Notes: generated by a model from the sequence alone, not told the origin. Positions 10,606 to 23,797 are shown, counted from the first letter of the stretch. The stretch is DNA of 64,000 nucleotides from Octopus vulgaris (GCA_951406725.2 OX597814.1:110546001-110610000); one strand, 5' to 3'. Numbers and translations are program-made.

Positions 10606-12056
10606 ATGTATGCGCATACATACACTTCATCATCACCATTTAATGTCTGTTTTCCATTTAATGTATGGGTTGGACAGTTTGACCAGGGCTGGCAAGCTAG
10701 GGAGCTGCATCGGACTCCAATTGTCTGTTTTGGCATGGTATCTACTGCCACTCCTGATGCCAACCGTCTACAGAGTGTACTGGATGCTTCTTACATGGCA
10801 CCAACACTGCATTTTATTTGGAACCAGCACAAGTGCTTTTTATGTGGTACCTGTACAGATTCCTTTTGCTTGGTGCCTGCATGGGTGCTTTTTACATAGC
10901 ACCAGCCATGTAAATGAATACACACACACACAATTTCATATATATATTTGAATTCTACATTAAAATGGAGTTTTGAAATTTCAGGGTGGATTAAAAAAAA
11001 GCATATGAAGACATTGATCAGAAACTGTTGTTAAGAATGTTATAATGGTGGTAAAGGAAAAATTTTCTAACAGTCAAGTATTATTGGTATGTAACATAAA
11101 ATATATTGATCTCCTTACCGTGTAGTTTACCAAAATCCCAAGGCTTATTTTTATTATTCTAAACATTGCTTTCTGTTCATTTTGACATGTAAAAATGCAG
11201 GAATGGCTGTGTGGTCAAGAAGTTTGCTTCCTAACTATGAGCTCTCAGGTTCAGTCCCACCGCAAGCCATTTCAAGCAAGTATCTTCTACTATAATCGCT
11301 GACCAATAAAGTCCTTGTGAGTGCATTTGGTAGACAGAAACTGAAAGAAGCTGGTGTATATATACATATACACATATATGTCATCATCATTGTTTAATGT
11401 CTGCCTTTTATGCTGGCATGGGTGGGATGGTTTGCCAGGAGCCAGCTAGACAGAAGCCTGCACCAGACTTCTGTAACTGTTTTGGTAGGATTTTTATAGC
11501 TGGATGCCCTTCCTAACAGCAACAACTCAGTAGAGTGGACTTAGTGCTTTTACATGACACAAGCACTGGTGAGATCAGTTTTGGCATGGTTTTTACAGCT
11601 TGATGCTCTTCCAAATGCCAACCACTTTACAAAGTGGTCTGGATCTTTTTAAGTGGCACCTGGGTTTACTTCTTGCCATAACAGTTACAAAAACAGTTTT
11701 GGTAATCTGCCTCAGATTCCTTCCATTGAAGCCATACTAAAATAGAAAAACAGTCTTTAAATGAACAAATGTAAAGTTCATCTTGTTCAACAACTAGTGT
11801 GTGTATATATATATATATATATATATGGAGAAAAAGTCAAGATAGAAAATGCTAAAATAATTTTTAAAAAAACATTTCAGTACCGGTTTCAGTCATTGTA
11901 ACTTTTTCAACTGTAACAATTAAACAATTAAATTTAGAAAAATTAAAAGAAAAGTTTTTTTAAGTGAATATTTGTATAGTGTTCAAATACAAGTGGCATT
12001 TTCCTTGTTTCTGCCTGTCCTTGTCTCTCTTGTGGGTTCAAGGTCATATATATGTA

Positions 12057-12110
<54 letters not shown>

Positions 12111-13214
12111 TATATATATATAAAGAGCTGAAATTGAAATTCATTAAGAATACTGATTCAGTAATATGATATAATGTAAAACAAGTTAGAATTATGGTTA
12201 AAATCAATAATTAACTCTAAGCTCTTGAGAATCCTCACCATCTTCATGAAGCATCCATATTTCATACTGGCATGTGTTGGATGTTTTGACAAGATCCAGC
12301 AAGCTGGAGGACTGCTGCACTCCAATGTCTATTTTGGTATGGTTTCTATAGCTGAATGCCCTTCCTATTGCCAATGAGTATTAAGATTAGAATAAGCTTT
12401 GCTAGAAGTCTCTAGAAATCTTTTGTGAGTTTTAAAAGCAGTTTAGTTCTTGGCAGTGAAATCTGTTCAGCTTAAAGTTGTCATCATCAATGTCCACTTC
12501 TCTGTGTTTGCAAAGATCAGAAAGAATTTGTTGAGGCAGATTTTCTTCAGCCAGATGCCTTTTCTGTTGCTGACCCTTATCTGTTCCCAATCAAAGTGTT
12601 TTCTTCTCCATTTGTCAGACATGTTTTTCTATGCGAGACTGGAAATGAACAGCATCACTTGTATGATGGTGATGCTCATTTATAACCATCACATGACACC
12701 AAGACCAGGGTACACAGAAATATACAGATGCATGCATACACACACACACACACACACATGATGAAGGCAAGCAAGCTGAAACTTCAAAGTCACTGACAAC
12801 CTTTTCCTTGTAAAAGTTTAATAAACATGTACTCTACCAAAAGTATTGAGTAGTTCTTCAATTCAGTGTTAGATTGTATTTTTTATATATAATTTAACAT
12901 CAAAACAAGCCTTAATATATCTGGGTGTGCATATATATGTACTAATATTGAACAGTGAAAATGAATGTTCAACATAGCATTGGTGGATAAATATTCTTTA
13001 TTTTTGTGGGTTAACAAGGCAACCAGTGGTTTTATACGAAGAGATCTTCACAATTATTGAAGTGTGCCATATGGAACTGTTGGTAATCTGGTAATCCTCT
13101 CCATTTTGGAGTACCAACACTTCCGTGTGACTCACTTGAACAATTGTGAAAATCTCTTCACATAAAATATCGAAATGAGGATACTTTCTGAGTGAATTTA
13201 TACAGATTGTTAAA

Positions 13215-13616
13215 TCTCTGTATATATAAAGCTGAAGTTGTCTGTGTATGGCAGGTTTGGTAGTCTTCAACTAACACTATCTCCTCTGTGACCCTGTGGC
13301 GCAAGTTGACCAAAATTGAGAGTATGATAGAAGAAGGCTTGCTCTTCCTTCTGCAGAAGAAAAAATTCAAATTGGACCATGTTAACACCAAAAATTATTT
13401 ACATCAAAAAGGTGCTTTTTTTCTATGAAAATCCCTATTTTTTACGATTTTTTGACTGCTGTGTTGCCATTTTTCTGTGTATTTCAACCAGAAAAATGTT
13501 CACTTAAAGAGAATAACAAGCTACATAATGCAAAACAAGCTAAAATTTTTACTTTTCAAAAATTCCAATTCTAAAGGGTCAAAACAAACCCGAGCAACGC
13601 TGGGTGATACTGCTAG
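13215..13616 (+). mobile_element. Non-autonomous Helitron
   Basis: Starts TC(TCTGTATATATAAAG) after A. Ends with hairpin CCCGAGCAACGCTGGG then CTAG followed by T. AT target, no TSD. Confidence 0.8.
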
Positions 13617-16287
13617 TGAATGGATATAACTGGCTTTTCTTATGTCAAACATTGCACACTACAACACTATATCTTAGAAGATTTTAATCTGTGCAGCTGC
13701 CAAACATTGATTTGAAATCACTTGCTGAAAATTAATATTTTTGCAGCTGGTAGATTGCCAGTCTGAGCTTGTTTCTACTGTAAAATGGTAGGTATTATGA
13801 TAAGATAATATTATTTAGCAAATATTTGAGTTGGAAAAGAAAATGTTTCCTCAGCTTAACTGCACAAATAACTATTTCTATTTAAACACTAGACATCTTA
13901 CTTAAATGTAAATGATGTCTGCATTAGCATCTGTAATATGATTGCTTGTGTTTACTGGAGTTTCATTTATACTAGTATACTCAATCATTAGGAGAGAAAA
14001 AAAATCTTTTAACACCTTAGGGGTTATCGAGGATTTTTTTGGGGTGTTGCCCAAAAATTTAGAAATAAATTCTATATAAAGTGGGAATCGTAATTCATAA
14101 CAAACGGACCCATTTTTATGTATTCTCACTTTGTTGTAGCAGACGATATGCATATAAAAACAGTAATGATGTGAAACTGCTGGAAATAAACCTTGGTCCT
14201 GCACCCTGCACTTTGATTCAGTGATGTAATTTCAGTATGACTCAATATTTTGTTGCTTTCTTTTTCTAGCAAAAAAATATCTGGATTATAGAGCTGAAGA
14301 TAATTAAACACAATGCTGTGAGTATTGTCTTGAGGTAAGTTTACAAAAGAAATAAACCCATCCCTTCTCCCCCACCCTACGCAGAACCACTTCCCTTTGT
14401 CATTATCATTCCTGCCCTCATTATTCCTACCAATAACCCACTTTTGTGCCTTCAGCTTCTGATGTCTTTCTTCTGCTATATCCCATCCTCAACACCCCTT
14501 TTATCTGTTATTGTTCTCAAAGCTCTCTCATTCCTACCATCACACCCTACTTACTATAGCTCCCTATATCTCCCTCTCCACCATTCCGACGTTCTGCACA
14601 TCATCCCACTACTTTCTGATTTGTTCTCCCTGAACCACTCCTGTATCTCCCACCACACACCTCTCTATAATGGTATTTCCTTTGATTGCACCTTCACCCT
14701 TATTCATTACTCCCTACATTTACCTCCACCCTCATCTTTTCTCCATCTGTTACTCTCCACCCTCATGCTCACTAAATACGGCCACTCTCTCCTCTCCCCC
14801 CATGACCCACTGTCCATATCCTCTCTTATGCTCACCTTCTTGTACCCAGAGAATTTATACTGGTACTCCGGCACTACCTCCTTTTATCTCCATCTCAACT
14901 ACTCCAATACACATCATCATCATCATCATCATCATTTGACGTCCGCTTTCCATGCTAGCATGGGTTGGACGATTTGACTGAGGTCTGGCTAACCAGGCTC
15001 CAACCTGTTCTGGCAATGTTTCTAAAGGTGGATGCCCTTCCTAACGCCAACCACTCCGAGAGTGTAGTGGGTGCTTTTACGTGCACAAGGGCCAGTTTGG
15101 TGGTACTGGCAATGGCCACGCTCAAATGGTGCTTTTTATGTGCCACCTGCACAGGAGCCAGTCCAGCAGCACTGACGACGACCTCGCTCAAATGTTTCAC
15201 GTGCCACCAGCACAAGTGCTAGTAAGGCGACGCAGGTAACCTCTATATATAATAGGGGTAGCCATACATTTCCTCAATAGCAAGACACTAGTGCTTGTTT
15301 CCCTATCTTACTTGAGCCTTTCAACATCCGACATAAAGCCACCTTCCCCCTCCCAAATATACCCCATTTAGTAGTGACAGTTTCTCTTTTTTTCCTTCCC
15401 ACTTTTCTTTCTCTATCTTGAATGTTTACATGGCAGCCTCACTAATGCCTGGGTATGACAAAAGCACCCAGTACACTCTGTAAAGTGGTGAGTGTTAGGA
15501 GGGCATCCAGATTTAAAAACTGAACCAGAACAGGCAATTGGAGCCCTACAGCAGCTTGCTGAAACCTGTCAGACTGTCTGACCCTTGCTGGCATGGAAAA
15601 GTGGATGTTAAATGATGATGATGTACACATACCAAACATACACACACACACACACACTCCATTTGGGTTTTGACCTTAGAGTTTACTTCATAAAGCCTGT
15701 CCATGGGTATCAACTATCAGACACTGTTGTCCAACCAAAATGGATCACTTCACTGTTGATAAATCTGAAAATCTGTAAATGTCCCTAAACTTTACATAAA
15801 CCTTAACAAAGAGTAGTAATAGAGTGAGCAATTTATTTTATTGCATCGTTCTACAATTGTTTCATTGACACATTACCAGAAGTTTAATGCTGAAATATTA
15901 ATGGTTAGGGACTAGGAACAATGGTGATTTGCTGTACATGAGAAGATGCATCAAGCCAAGTAAAATCCCTGTGATCCATACATACAGCCTTGTCTTTTAC
16001 AGGTGCCGGTGCCACATAAAATGCTCTTGTGCCAGTGCTGATTAAATGCACCTGTGCTGGTGGCACATAAAAAGCACCCAGCACACTGTTGAGTAGTTGG
16101 CATTAGAAAGGGTATCCAGCTGTAGAAACCATGCCATAAGAGACAATTAGAGTCTGGATAGCTTCGCGGCTGGTCAGCTCCTGTCAACCCATCCAAACCA
16201 TGCCAGTATGGAAAGTGGATGTTAAACTATGATGATGATGAATATATGAAATAATATACATCGAATCAGTATTATGCTACTATTATA

Positions 16288-16621
16288 TCTATATATATAT
16301 AAATGGCAAAATGTTTGTCTGTGTGTGTGTCCTTTATACAAATCCACAATTTTTCAGTTAGAGGGCTCGCACTTTCTATGGTCATTCAAAACCATCCAAG
16401 GGTAGTCATGCACATCTTTACATTTCCCCAGTCACCCCACAAAGCCATTAAAAAATCAATAGAAGTGACTTTTTTTGTGAATTTTCTATCCAAAACCCAA
16501 TCAAAATGCCTGAAACTTGATACGCCAATTGAATGCCAGCTAGCTGTATGTGATTGGTCGGAGATTTGGACAGTACTCGCGTGTATGTGCGCATGCACGC
16601 AGCTGTATATGCATGCACTAG
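16288..16621 (+). mobile_element. Probable Helitron fragment (5' end clear, 3' end uncertain)
   Basis: A|TCTATATATATATAAATGGC..TGTCTGTGTGTGTGTCC is typical of Helitron 5' ends. CTAG at 16618-16621 is followed by C, not the canonical T. Confidence 0.5.
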
Positions 16622-17241
16622 CACTATTATAGATCCCTTTCAGTCAGGTTCATAATGGTAACTGGATATCATATGGCACTGTGGTTAAGTAATACAACAT
16701 GCTCTTCAGAGATAGCATGTATGGAAAAATATATGGCAACTACCCTGTTATTGGAAGTGAAAAATATCCCATCCAGTTTTTGGGTGCAATGAAAAAAGAC
16801 AAAATAAAGCTGTAGGAGGCAAAGTGAGCAAGATTTTTATCAAGTGTTATATCTTATAGCACTCAAATATTTGAGGTGCTGTAAGGTGGCATGAGTTTGG
16901 TGAAAGTAGGGTTAAAATATGTGCAGGGGTCTTTGGTGGAGATGGGGGTGTTGGGTGGGTCTCTGAATGTTTAAACCGATGTTGAAGTGCATGTGTATCT
17001 GTTTTCATTTGTATGTTTTGGTTAAACTCTTTGCTGAGTTCTTAGGATAGGATGATAAGAGGGCCAGAAGCAGAGAGTCTAGTGATTATAGTCATGGTGG
17101 GGCTCATAGGTAAGATGATATACCTTCTTTCATGTGGATAAGAACAAAACTATTTTCAACACACCGTATGCTAATTAACCAACTTCATTATATTAAACAT
17201 GCATTTTGTTATTGTGCAAGCTTATGCAGAAAGTAATCACA

Positions 17242-17499
17242 TGTACAAAGAATAAATGAAAGATTTAGCTGAAATCACACATGCTCATCGTGTATTGGAT
17301 GGTCCATTCCTATAAATTTTGTTATTAAAAATCATTTATGTAAAATTATGATTTTGAAAATCATAATTTTGAAATAAACTTCATCACCAACTAATTTTAC
17401 ATAAACTGATTCTTAATAACAAAATTTATAGGAATGGACCATCCAATACGCAATGAGCATGTGTGATTTCAGCTAAATCTTTCATTTATTTTTCGTAGA
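17242..17499. repeat. Long inverted repeat / foldback (MITE-like)
   Basis: Arms of ~105 bp (AATAAATGAAAGATTTAGCTGAAATCACACATGCTCAT... and its reverse complement). The spacer holds its own palindrome AAAATTATGATTTTGAAAATCATAATTTT. Confidence 0.9.
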
Positions 17500-17604
17500 T
17501 ATTTGAAAAAAAAAATGAACGCATGACTTTGAAATTCAGAAACATTTTTTCATGCTCAGAATTGCTGAAGCATAGAATAAACTAAATGCATCAGTTGTTA
17601 GCTA

Positions 17605-17973
17605 TCAAAACTCTGAGCACCTTTTCAAACTCCACCTGTCTAACACCCGTGGACATGTTTACAAAGTCAGAAAATAGCACAGCTCCCATGACTTTCGGAA
17701 ACATTTTTTTCACGCTAAGAGTTGCTGAAGCAAGGAACAAACTGCCGGCATCAATTGTTGTCGGAGCACTGCATCCTTCAAAACTTCCATGCTTCCTGAG
17801 ATTCGCCAACACTACACCTGATTTTCTCCCCTCCATACACATGCAAGCATGTATCCGACTCATACACTGTTCACTTCCCAGACATTTGTACATTACTGCA
17901 TATACTTTATACGCAGTTTTTGACAAGTTGTGGTGCACCTGAGCACTGTATACAATAATTTCATTATTATTAT
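17605..17973 (+). mobile_element. CR1-clade LINE 3' fragment
   Basis: Near-identical to the 3' part of 23798-24473; ends in an (ATT)n tail. Confidence 0.85.
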
Positions 17974-18879
17974 TTTAAAATACTATTTCCTTCAAAACTT
18001 CCATTCGTCAACAATACATCTTTTTAAACAACTCATTCACTGTTCACTTTCTGTACATTCCTCTATGTACTGTTCATGCAGTTTTGGTTACTTTTTCTGA
18101 TCAGCTATAGTGAAATTGAGCACTGTACACAATTTAAATTCATTATTATTCCGTAAATTGCATAAAGAACAATGGTTATATAATTCCCTAAGTGTTCATT
18201 TAAAGGGAGATAACTGTTTTAACCGTTTAATGCATTATCTCTCATAGCTGGTGGAGTTGCTGTTGCCGCTGTTAGGACTGAAAAAGGGAATGGAGGGCAA
18301 ATTGCCATGCTTAGTAAAATTCCAAATGGTTTTCTAAACATACATGGCAGAGAAAGAAGAATTATATAGAAGCAAATTCTATTTTGTGTTCTTATTAACA
18401 GAGCTGGGAAGGCAGGGTTGGGGTATTTGTCAGCTTGAAACTCACTGTGGCTGTGTGGTAAAAAGCTTGCTTCCCAACCACATAGTTCCAGGTTCAGTCC
18501 CTCTGCATAGCACCTTGGGCAACTATAGTCCCAGGCTGACCAAAATGCTTTGCAGCGTTTCTTCCAACCTCACGTTGTGAGTTCAAATACCACCTCGGTC
18601 AACTTTTACCACATAAAAAGCACCTGTACTGGTGCTTCATAAAAATCACTTGTGTTGTTCATGTAAAAAGCCCCCAGTACACTCTGCAAAGCAGTTTGCG
18701 TTAGGAAGGGCATCCTAGCTGTAGAAACTATGTCAAAGCAGACAATTGGAAGCTGGTGCAGCCACCCAGCTTACCAGCTCCTGTTAAACCATTCATCCCA
18801 TACCAATATGGAGAACAGATGTTAAGGGTTTTTTTTTACCATAGATATCAAGCTGCATATTTTGGGATTAAATTTTAAA

Positions 18880-19460
18880 ATAATAATAATAATGATAATG
18901 AAATTATTGTATACAGTGCTCAGGTGCACCACAACTTGTCAAAAGTGCGTATAAAGTATATGCAGTAATGTACAAATGTCTGGAAAACGAACAGTGTATG
19001 AGTCAGATACATGCTTGCGTGTGTATGGAGAGGAGAAAATCAGGTGTAGTGTTGGCGAATCTCAGGAAGCATGGAAGTTTTGAAGGATGCAGTGCTCCGA
19101 CAACTAACAACTGATGCCAATAGTTTATTCCATACTTCAACTCTTAGTGTGAAAAAATGTTCCGAAAGTCATGGGAGCTATGCTGTTTTCAAACTTTGTA
19201 AACATGTCCACAGGTGTTAGACAGGTGGAGTTTGAAAAGGTGCTCAGAGTTATTGTTTGTAAGATGGTTAATAATTTTATGGGTGTCTGCCAAGTCAGCT
19301 GCCAGACGCCGGAGTTTCAATGTATCCATGCCCAGGGAAGTAAGGCATTCAGAATATGGCAAATGCCTGATGGAGGGTATTCTCTTGGTTGCACATCGCT
19401 GAACGGTTTCCAGATGATTAATATCCTGGGCAAAATATGGGTTCTGTGAATCCTGGAACC
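18880..19460 (-). mobile_element. CR1-clade LINE 3' fragment
   Basis: NPYFAQDINHLETVQRCATKRIPSIRHLPYSECLTSLGMDTLKLRRLAADL is a CR1-type RT C-terminus; (ATT)n tail. Confidence 0.88.
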
Positions 19461-20594
19461 CAGGAAAGACAAAATTGAACTCCACATAATTTTCTTTAAT
19501 GGTCTGTTGATTTTACTTCTAAAATATTACAACACCATAGAATTTCAAAATAGCCAAACCCCCCTCAAGTCATAACCCACTGTTAGAAAAACATGAAAAA
19601 AACTTGGATAGTATATTTTTAGATGCCCCTATAAAGATAGGATGGTCCAAACTGGGGCATCTTTGTTTAACCCCCTTGTCTGTTCAAAAGAGATGATATA
19701 GGACTGAGATACTTGGTGCATTGCTGTACTCAAGAAGACCCATCCATCACAGCAGAATTGTTAATGCCCCCTCCCAGCTGAAGGGGCTTTTGCATTGCAA
19801 GAACCTTGTGTCAGTGCTATGTAAAATGCACCCGTGCCAGGCCACATGAGAAGTACCCAACATGCTCTGTAAAGTGGTTGGTGTTAGGAAAGGCATATAG
19901 CCATAGAAACCAAGCCTGATCAGACAGGAACCTGGTGTGACTTCCAAGCTTGCCAACTCCATGTCAAACCGTCCATGCCAGCATGGAAAATGGACATTAA
20001 ATGATGATGTCAGAAATGGTGTAAGGGAATTGTTGATGCTATTTCTAGCAGGTCATGCTTTTTCATTTGATATTTATCTCTTGATTTTGTATATTTTTCA
20101 ATCGCTTCTAGGTATGTTATTAAAGAAGGTTTATTTCATAGGCCAATGTATGTTGCATTTTATAAAAATATATATAATTAGTAAAATATATTGTATTTTA
20201 TTGGCTAATCTCAAGTTATTGTTTTGTCTGAAATGTACTGACTGTTAATAAAATTATTTTCTTATTTTAACCAGTTGTTTGTTTTGTTTTTAATTTTGTT
20301 TTATAATTTTCATGCGACTTGTTGCAAGTGAATAGCATTTTGAAAAATTATTGCATTCTCAACATCCATATTTTTTCAATGTGCTATTGTTTTGAGATTT
20401 ACTTTTAATCCTTTTGACACCAACTCATCCGAGACTACTCCTGGTTCCATGATACAAATTCACTGTTTTCAAGTGGTCTAAATTAAAATCTTTCATGAAA
20501 ATTTTATGTTAATTTATGATCCAAACACCAGATTAACAATGACAATGTGATTTCCCTAAATTCTTTATTATTTAAAAAATTAATTGATATAAAG

Positions 20595-22917
20595 AGGTTT
20601 GGAGATGCCACTATGAAATGTTGCTGAATAAAGAAAATGAATGGGATAAAGAGAGTCTGCCAAATGTCAACCCAACAGAGGGACCAGCCATCCAAGTTGA
20701 CAGTTCCAAGGTAGTTAAGGCAATTAGAAGCATGAAGACAGGGAAAGCCCCAGGCCCATCTGGAATTACTGCAGGGATGCTCAAAATATCTGGCAGTGTC
20801 AGCTATAACCTAGCCACCCGTATAGTTAACCAGGTGATACACGAAGGAGTCATACCCAATGACTGGTGTAGCAGCATACTAGTCAACTGCTACAAAGGTA
20901 AAGGAGAAGCCCTAGATACAAATAATTACAGAGGTATCAAGCTGTTGGATCAGGTAATGGAGGTTACAGAGAGTGTCATAGCCCAACTGATTAGGGAGAG
21001 AGTCAACTTGGACGAGATGCAGTTTGGTTTCATGCCAGGGAAAAGCACCACTGATGCCATATTTCTGGTGAGACAGCTGCAGGAGAAATACCTAGCCAAA
21101 GATAAGCACCTGTACCTGGCTTTCGTTGACATGGAGAAAGCCTTTGACAGGGTCCCCCGATCCCTTATCTGGTGGTCAATGAGGAAACTAGGGATAGATG
21201 AATGGCTGGTGAGGGCTGTGCAAGCAATGTACAGGGATGCCGTAAGTAAGGTAAGAGTTAGCAACATGTACACAGAAGAATTCAAAGTAGAGGTTGGGGT
21301 CCACCAGGGTTCAGTACTCAGCCCCCTCCTATTTATCATAGTCCTCCAGGCAATTACGGAGGAATTCAAGACAGGTTGCCCTTGGGAGCTCCTATATGCT
21401 GACGACCTTGCTATAATTGCTGAGTCACTATCAGAACTGGAGGAGAAGTTCCAGGTGTGGAAGGAGGGTCTAGAATCGAGGGGCCTTAGAGTCAACCTAG
21501 CTAAAACCAAAGTACTAATAAGTAGGAAGGTAGAAAATCCACAAATGTCTTCAGGAAGATGGCCCTGCTCGATCTGTAGAAAAGGTGTAGGTAGAAACTC
21601 TATAAGATGTACCCAGTGTAAGCTATGGACACATAAGAGGTGCAGCAATGTCAAAGGAAGGCTAACTGGGAAGATAGTTTTTGTATGTGGCAGATGTTCG
21701 GGAGCATTAACCTCTGAAAATCTGCAGAAAACAACTTCCGTCACTTTCCAGGGGGAAAAACTAGAAGTATTTGATAGCTTCCGTTATCTTGGTGACCAAG
21801 TCAGTAGTGGGGGTGGGTGTGATGAAAGTGTAACGGCTAGAGTAAGAATAGCCTGGGCAAAGTTTAGGGAGCTCTTACCTCTGCTGGTGACTAAAGGCCT
21901 CTCGCTCAGAGTAAAAGGCAGACTATGATGCATGTGTACGAACAGCCATGCTACATGGCAGTGAAACATGGGCCGTGACTGCTGAGGACATGTGTAAGCT
22001 TGCGAGAAATGAAGCCAGTATGCTCCGATGGATGTGTAATGTCAGTGTGCATGCTCAACAGAACGTTAGTACCCTGAGAGTAATGTAGGACTTAAGGAGC
22101 ATCAGTTGTGGTGTGCAAGAGAGATAATTGCGCTGGTATGGTCATGTGGCGAGAATGGATGAAGATAGGTGTGTGAAAAAGTGCCAATCCCTAGCAGTGG
22201 AGGGAACCCGTGGAAGAGGTAGACCCAGGAAAACTTGGGCTGAGGTGGTGAAGCATGACCTTCGAACTTTAGGTCTCACTGAGGAAATGACCTGCGACCG
22301 AGACCTTTGGAAATATGCTGTGCATGAAAAGACCAGGCAGGACAAGTGAGTCCAGCCCACTTATGCATGCCTTTCCTCCCTTAGACACACAAAGACCTGT
22401 TGAGGCAAGCGAAGTCAATATCGAACCTCATCCGACGACAGGCACCTATGCCTACCCCACTTTGCTTGCAAAGACCTGTTGGGGCAAGTGAAATCGAAAT
22501 TGAACCAATCTTATGACTGGCACCTGGCAGATGCCAGGACCCCTGGACTGGAGATACGTAAAAAGCACTATCCGAATCGTGGCCAATGCCAGCGCCGCCT
22601 CGACTGGCTTCCGTGTCAGTGGCACATAAAAAGCACCATCCGAAGCCAGTGCCGCCTCGACTGGCTTCCGTGCAGGTGGCACGTAAAATGCACCAATCCG
22701 ACCGTGGCCGATGCCAGCCTCGCCTGGCTCCAGTGCAGGTGGCACGTAAAAAGCACCCACTACATTCACGGAGTGGTTGGTGTTAGGAAGGGAATCCAGC
22801 TGTAGAAACATTGCCAGATAAGACCGGAGCCTGGTGCAGCCTTCTGGCTTCCCAGATCCCCGGTCGAACCGTCCAACCCATGCTAGCATGGAGAACGGAC
22901 GTTAAACGATGATGATA
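20595..22917 (+). mobile_element. RTE-clade LINE, 5'-truncated, with RT, PHD finger, repeat-containing 3' UTR and (GAT)n tail
   Basis: RT motifs NYRGIKLL, QFGF, AFVDMEKAFDRV, GVHQGSVLSPLLF, LYADD, FRYLG; C-terminal RGRGRPRKTW typical of RTE. Confidence 0.95.
20618..22349 (+). pseudogene. Disrupted RTE reverse transcriptase ORF
   Basis: 436 aa open to 21928, where GACTATGA vs GACTGTATGA in the copy at ~28208 shows a 2-bp deletion. Further stop near 22087. N-terminal endonuclease absent. Confidence 0.9.
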
Positions 22918-23161
22918 AAAGTAGTCTATTTCAATAGAAATTTGGTAACAAAAGGTTTAAAGTAAGATACCTCTGGACAGCTTTTTATATGGACATATAA
23001 CTGAGTCCAAGGTTAGCAAAAAATTAACCTTTAAATTGTGTACTGTCTCTGTTGGTAACACATTTTAAAATGATAAGTTACATTGAAATTCCAGTTTGGT
23101 GTATAAATGTAAAGTTGAAATAATGAAAGAAGGGGTGAAAATTCAGATGACTATTACTTAT

Positions 23162-23420
23162 GTGGAGGTGCATGGCTTAATGGTTAGGGTGTCAGCATCA
23201 TGATCATAAGATTGTGGTTTCGATTCCTGGACAGGGCAATGCATTGTGCTCTTGAGCAAAACACTTCATTTCACATTGTTCCAGTTCACTCAGCTGGCAA
23301 AAACGAGTAATGCTGCGATGGACTGGCGTCCCGTCCAGCTGGGGAACACATACACCATAGAAACCGGGAAACTGTGCCCATGAGCCTGGCTAAGCTTTAA
23401 AAAAGGGCGCATTTATTATT
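23162..23420 (+). mobile_element. tRNA-derived SINE with Meta-like central domain
   Basis: A-box TGGCTTAATGG, B-box GTTTCGATTCC, domain CTGCGATGGACTGGCGTCCCGTCCAG. Relatives at ~35300, 40803 and 44588. Confidence 0.7.
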
Positions 23421-23797
23421 TTTAATATGCTTTATATGCACCTTTGACAAGTTGTGGTGCACCTGAGCACTGTTTACAATAATTTCATTATTATTATTAT
23501 TATTATAAGATCCTGTGAGAGCTTTATATGAATTACAAACATGTATAACTATTTGCTGTATTTGTAGAAAGAAAGATTGACAATTAGTGATGCATTCTAT
23601 ATAATATGGTCACAAGGATTCCTCTCTGGTACTTCAATGAATAACACCTTTCTCTAAAAGAAGTCAGCTCAGATGTCACAATGAGAGAGATATTCATTTT
23701 TACTGCTATGAAAGCACTGCAACTTGTAATATCTGTAAAGTTACTGGGGATGGGGTCATTTTTCAAGGTAGAAATGGGAAAGATATGTTAGACAAAA

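Larger units (their letters stand above)
20405..22960. mobile_element. TTAA (piggyBac-type) MITE split by the RTE insertion
   Basis: 20405-20594 plus 22918-22960 join into the family seen intact at 63122-63341 (ends GTAACAAAAGGTTTAA). Confidence 0.6.

Noticed and set aside
13136-13218. Minus-strand exon DLTICINSLRKYPHFDILCEEIFTIVQ
   Set aside because: Its acceptor comes from the 5' end of the Helitron at 13215 and I recognise no homolog. Not called without transcript data.
14444-14977. 177-aa plus-strand ORF
   Set aside because: Low-complexity C/T-rich sequence running into an RTE tail; no domain signal.
20950-21744. 264-aa minus-strand ORF
   Set aside because: Antisense shadow of the RTE RT frame.
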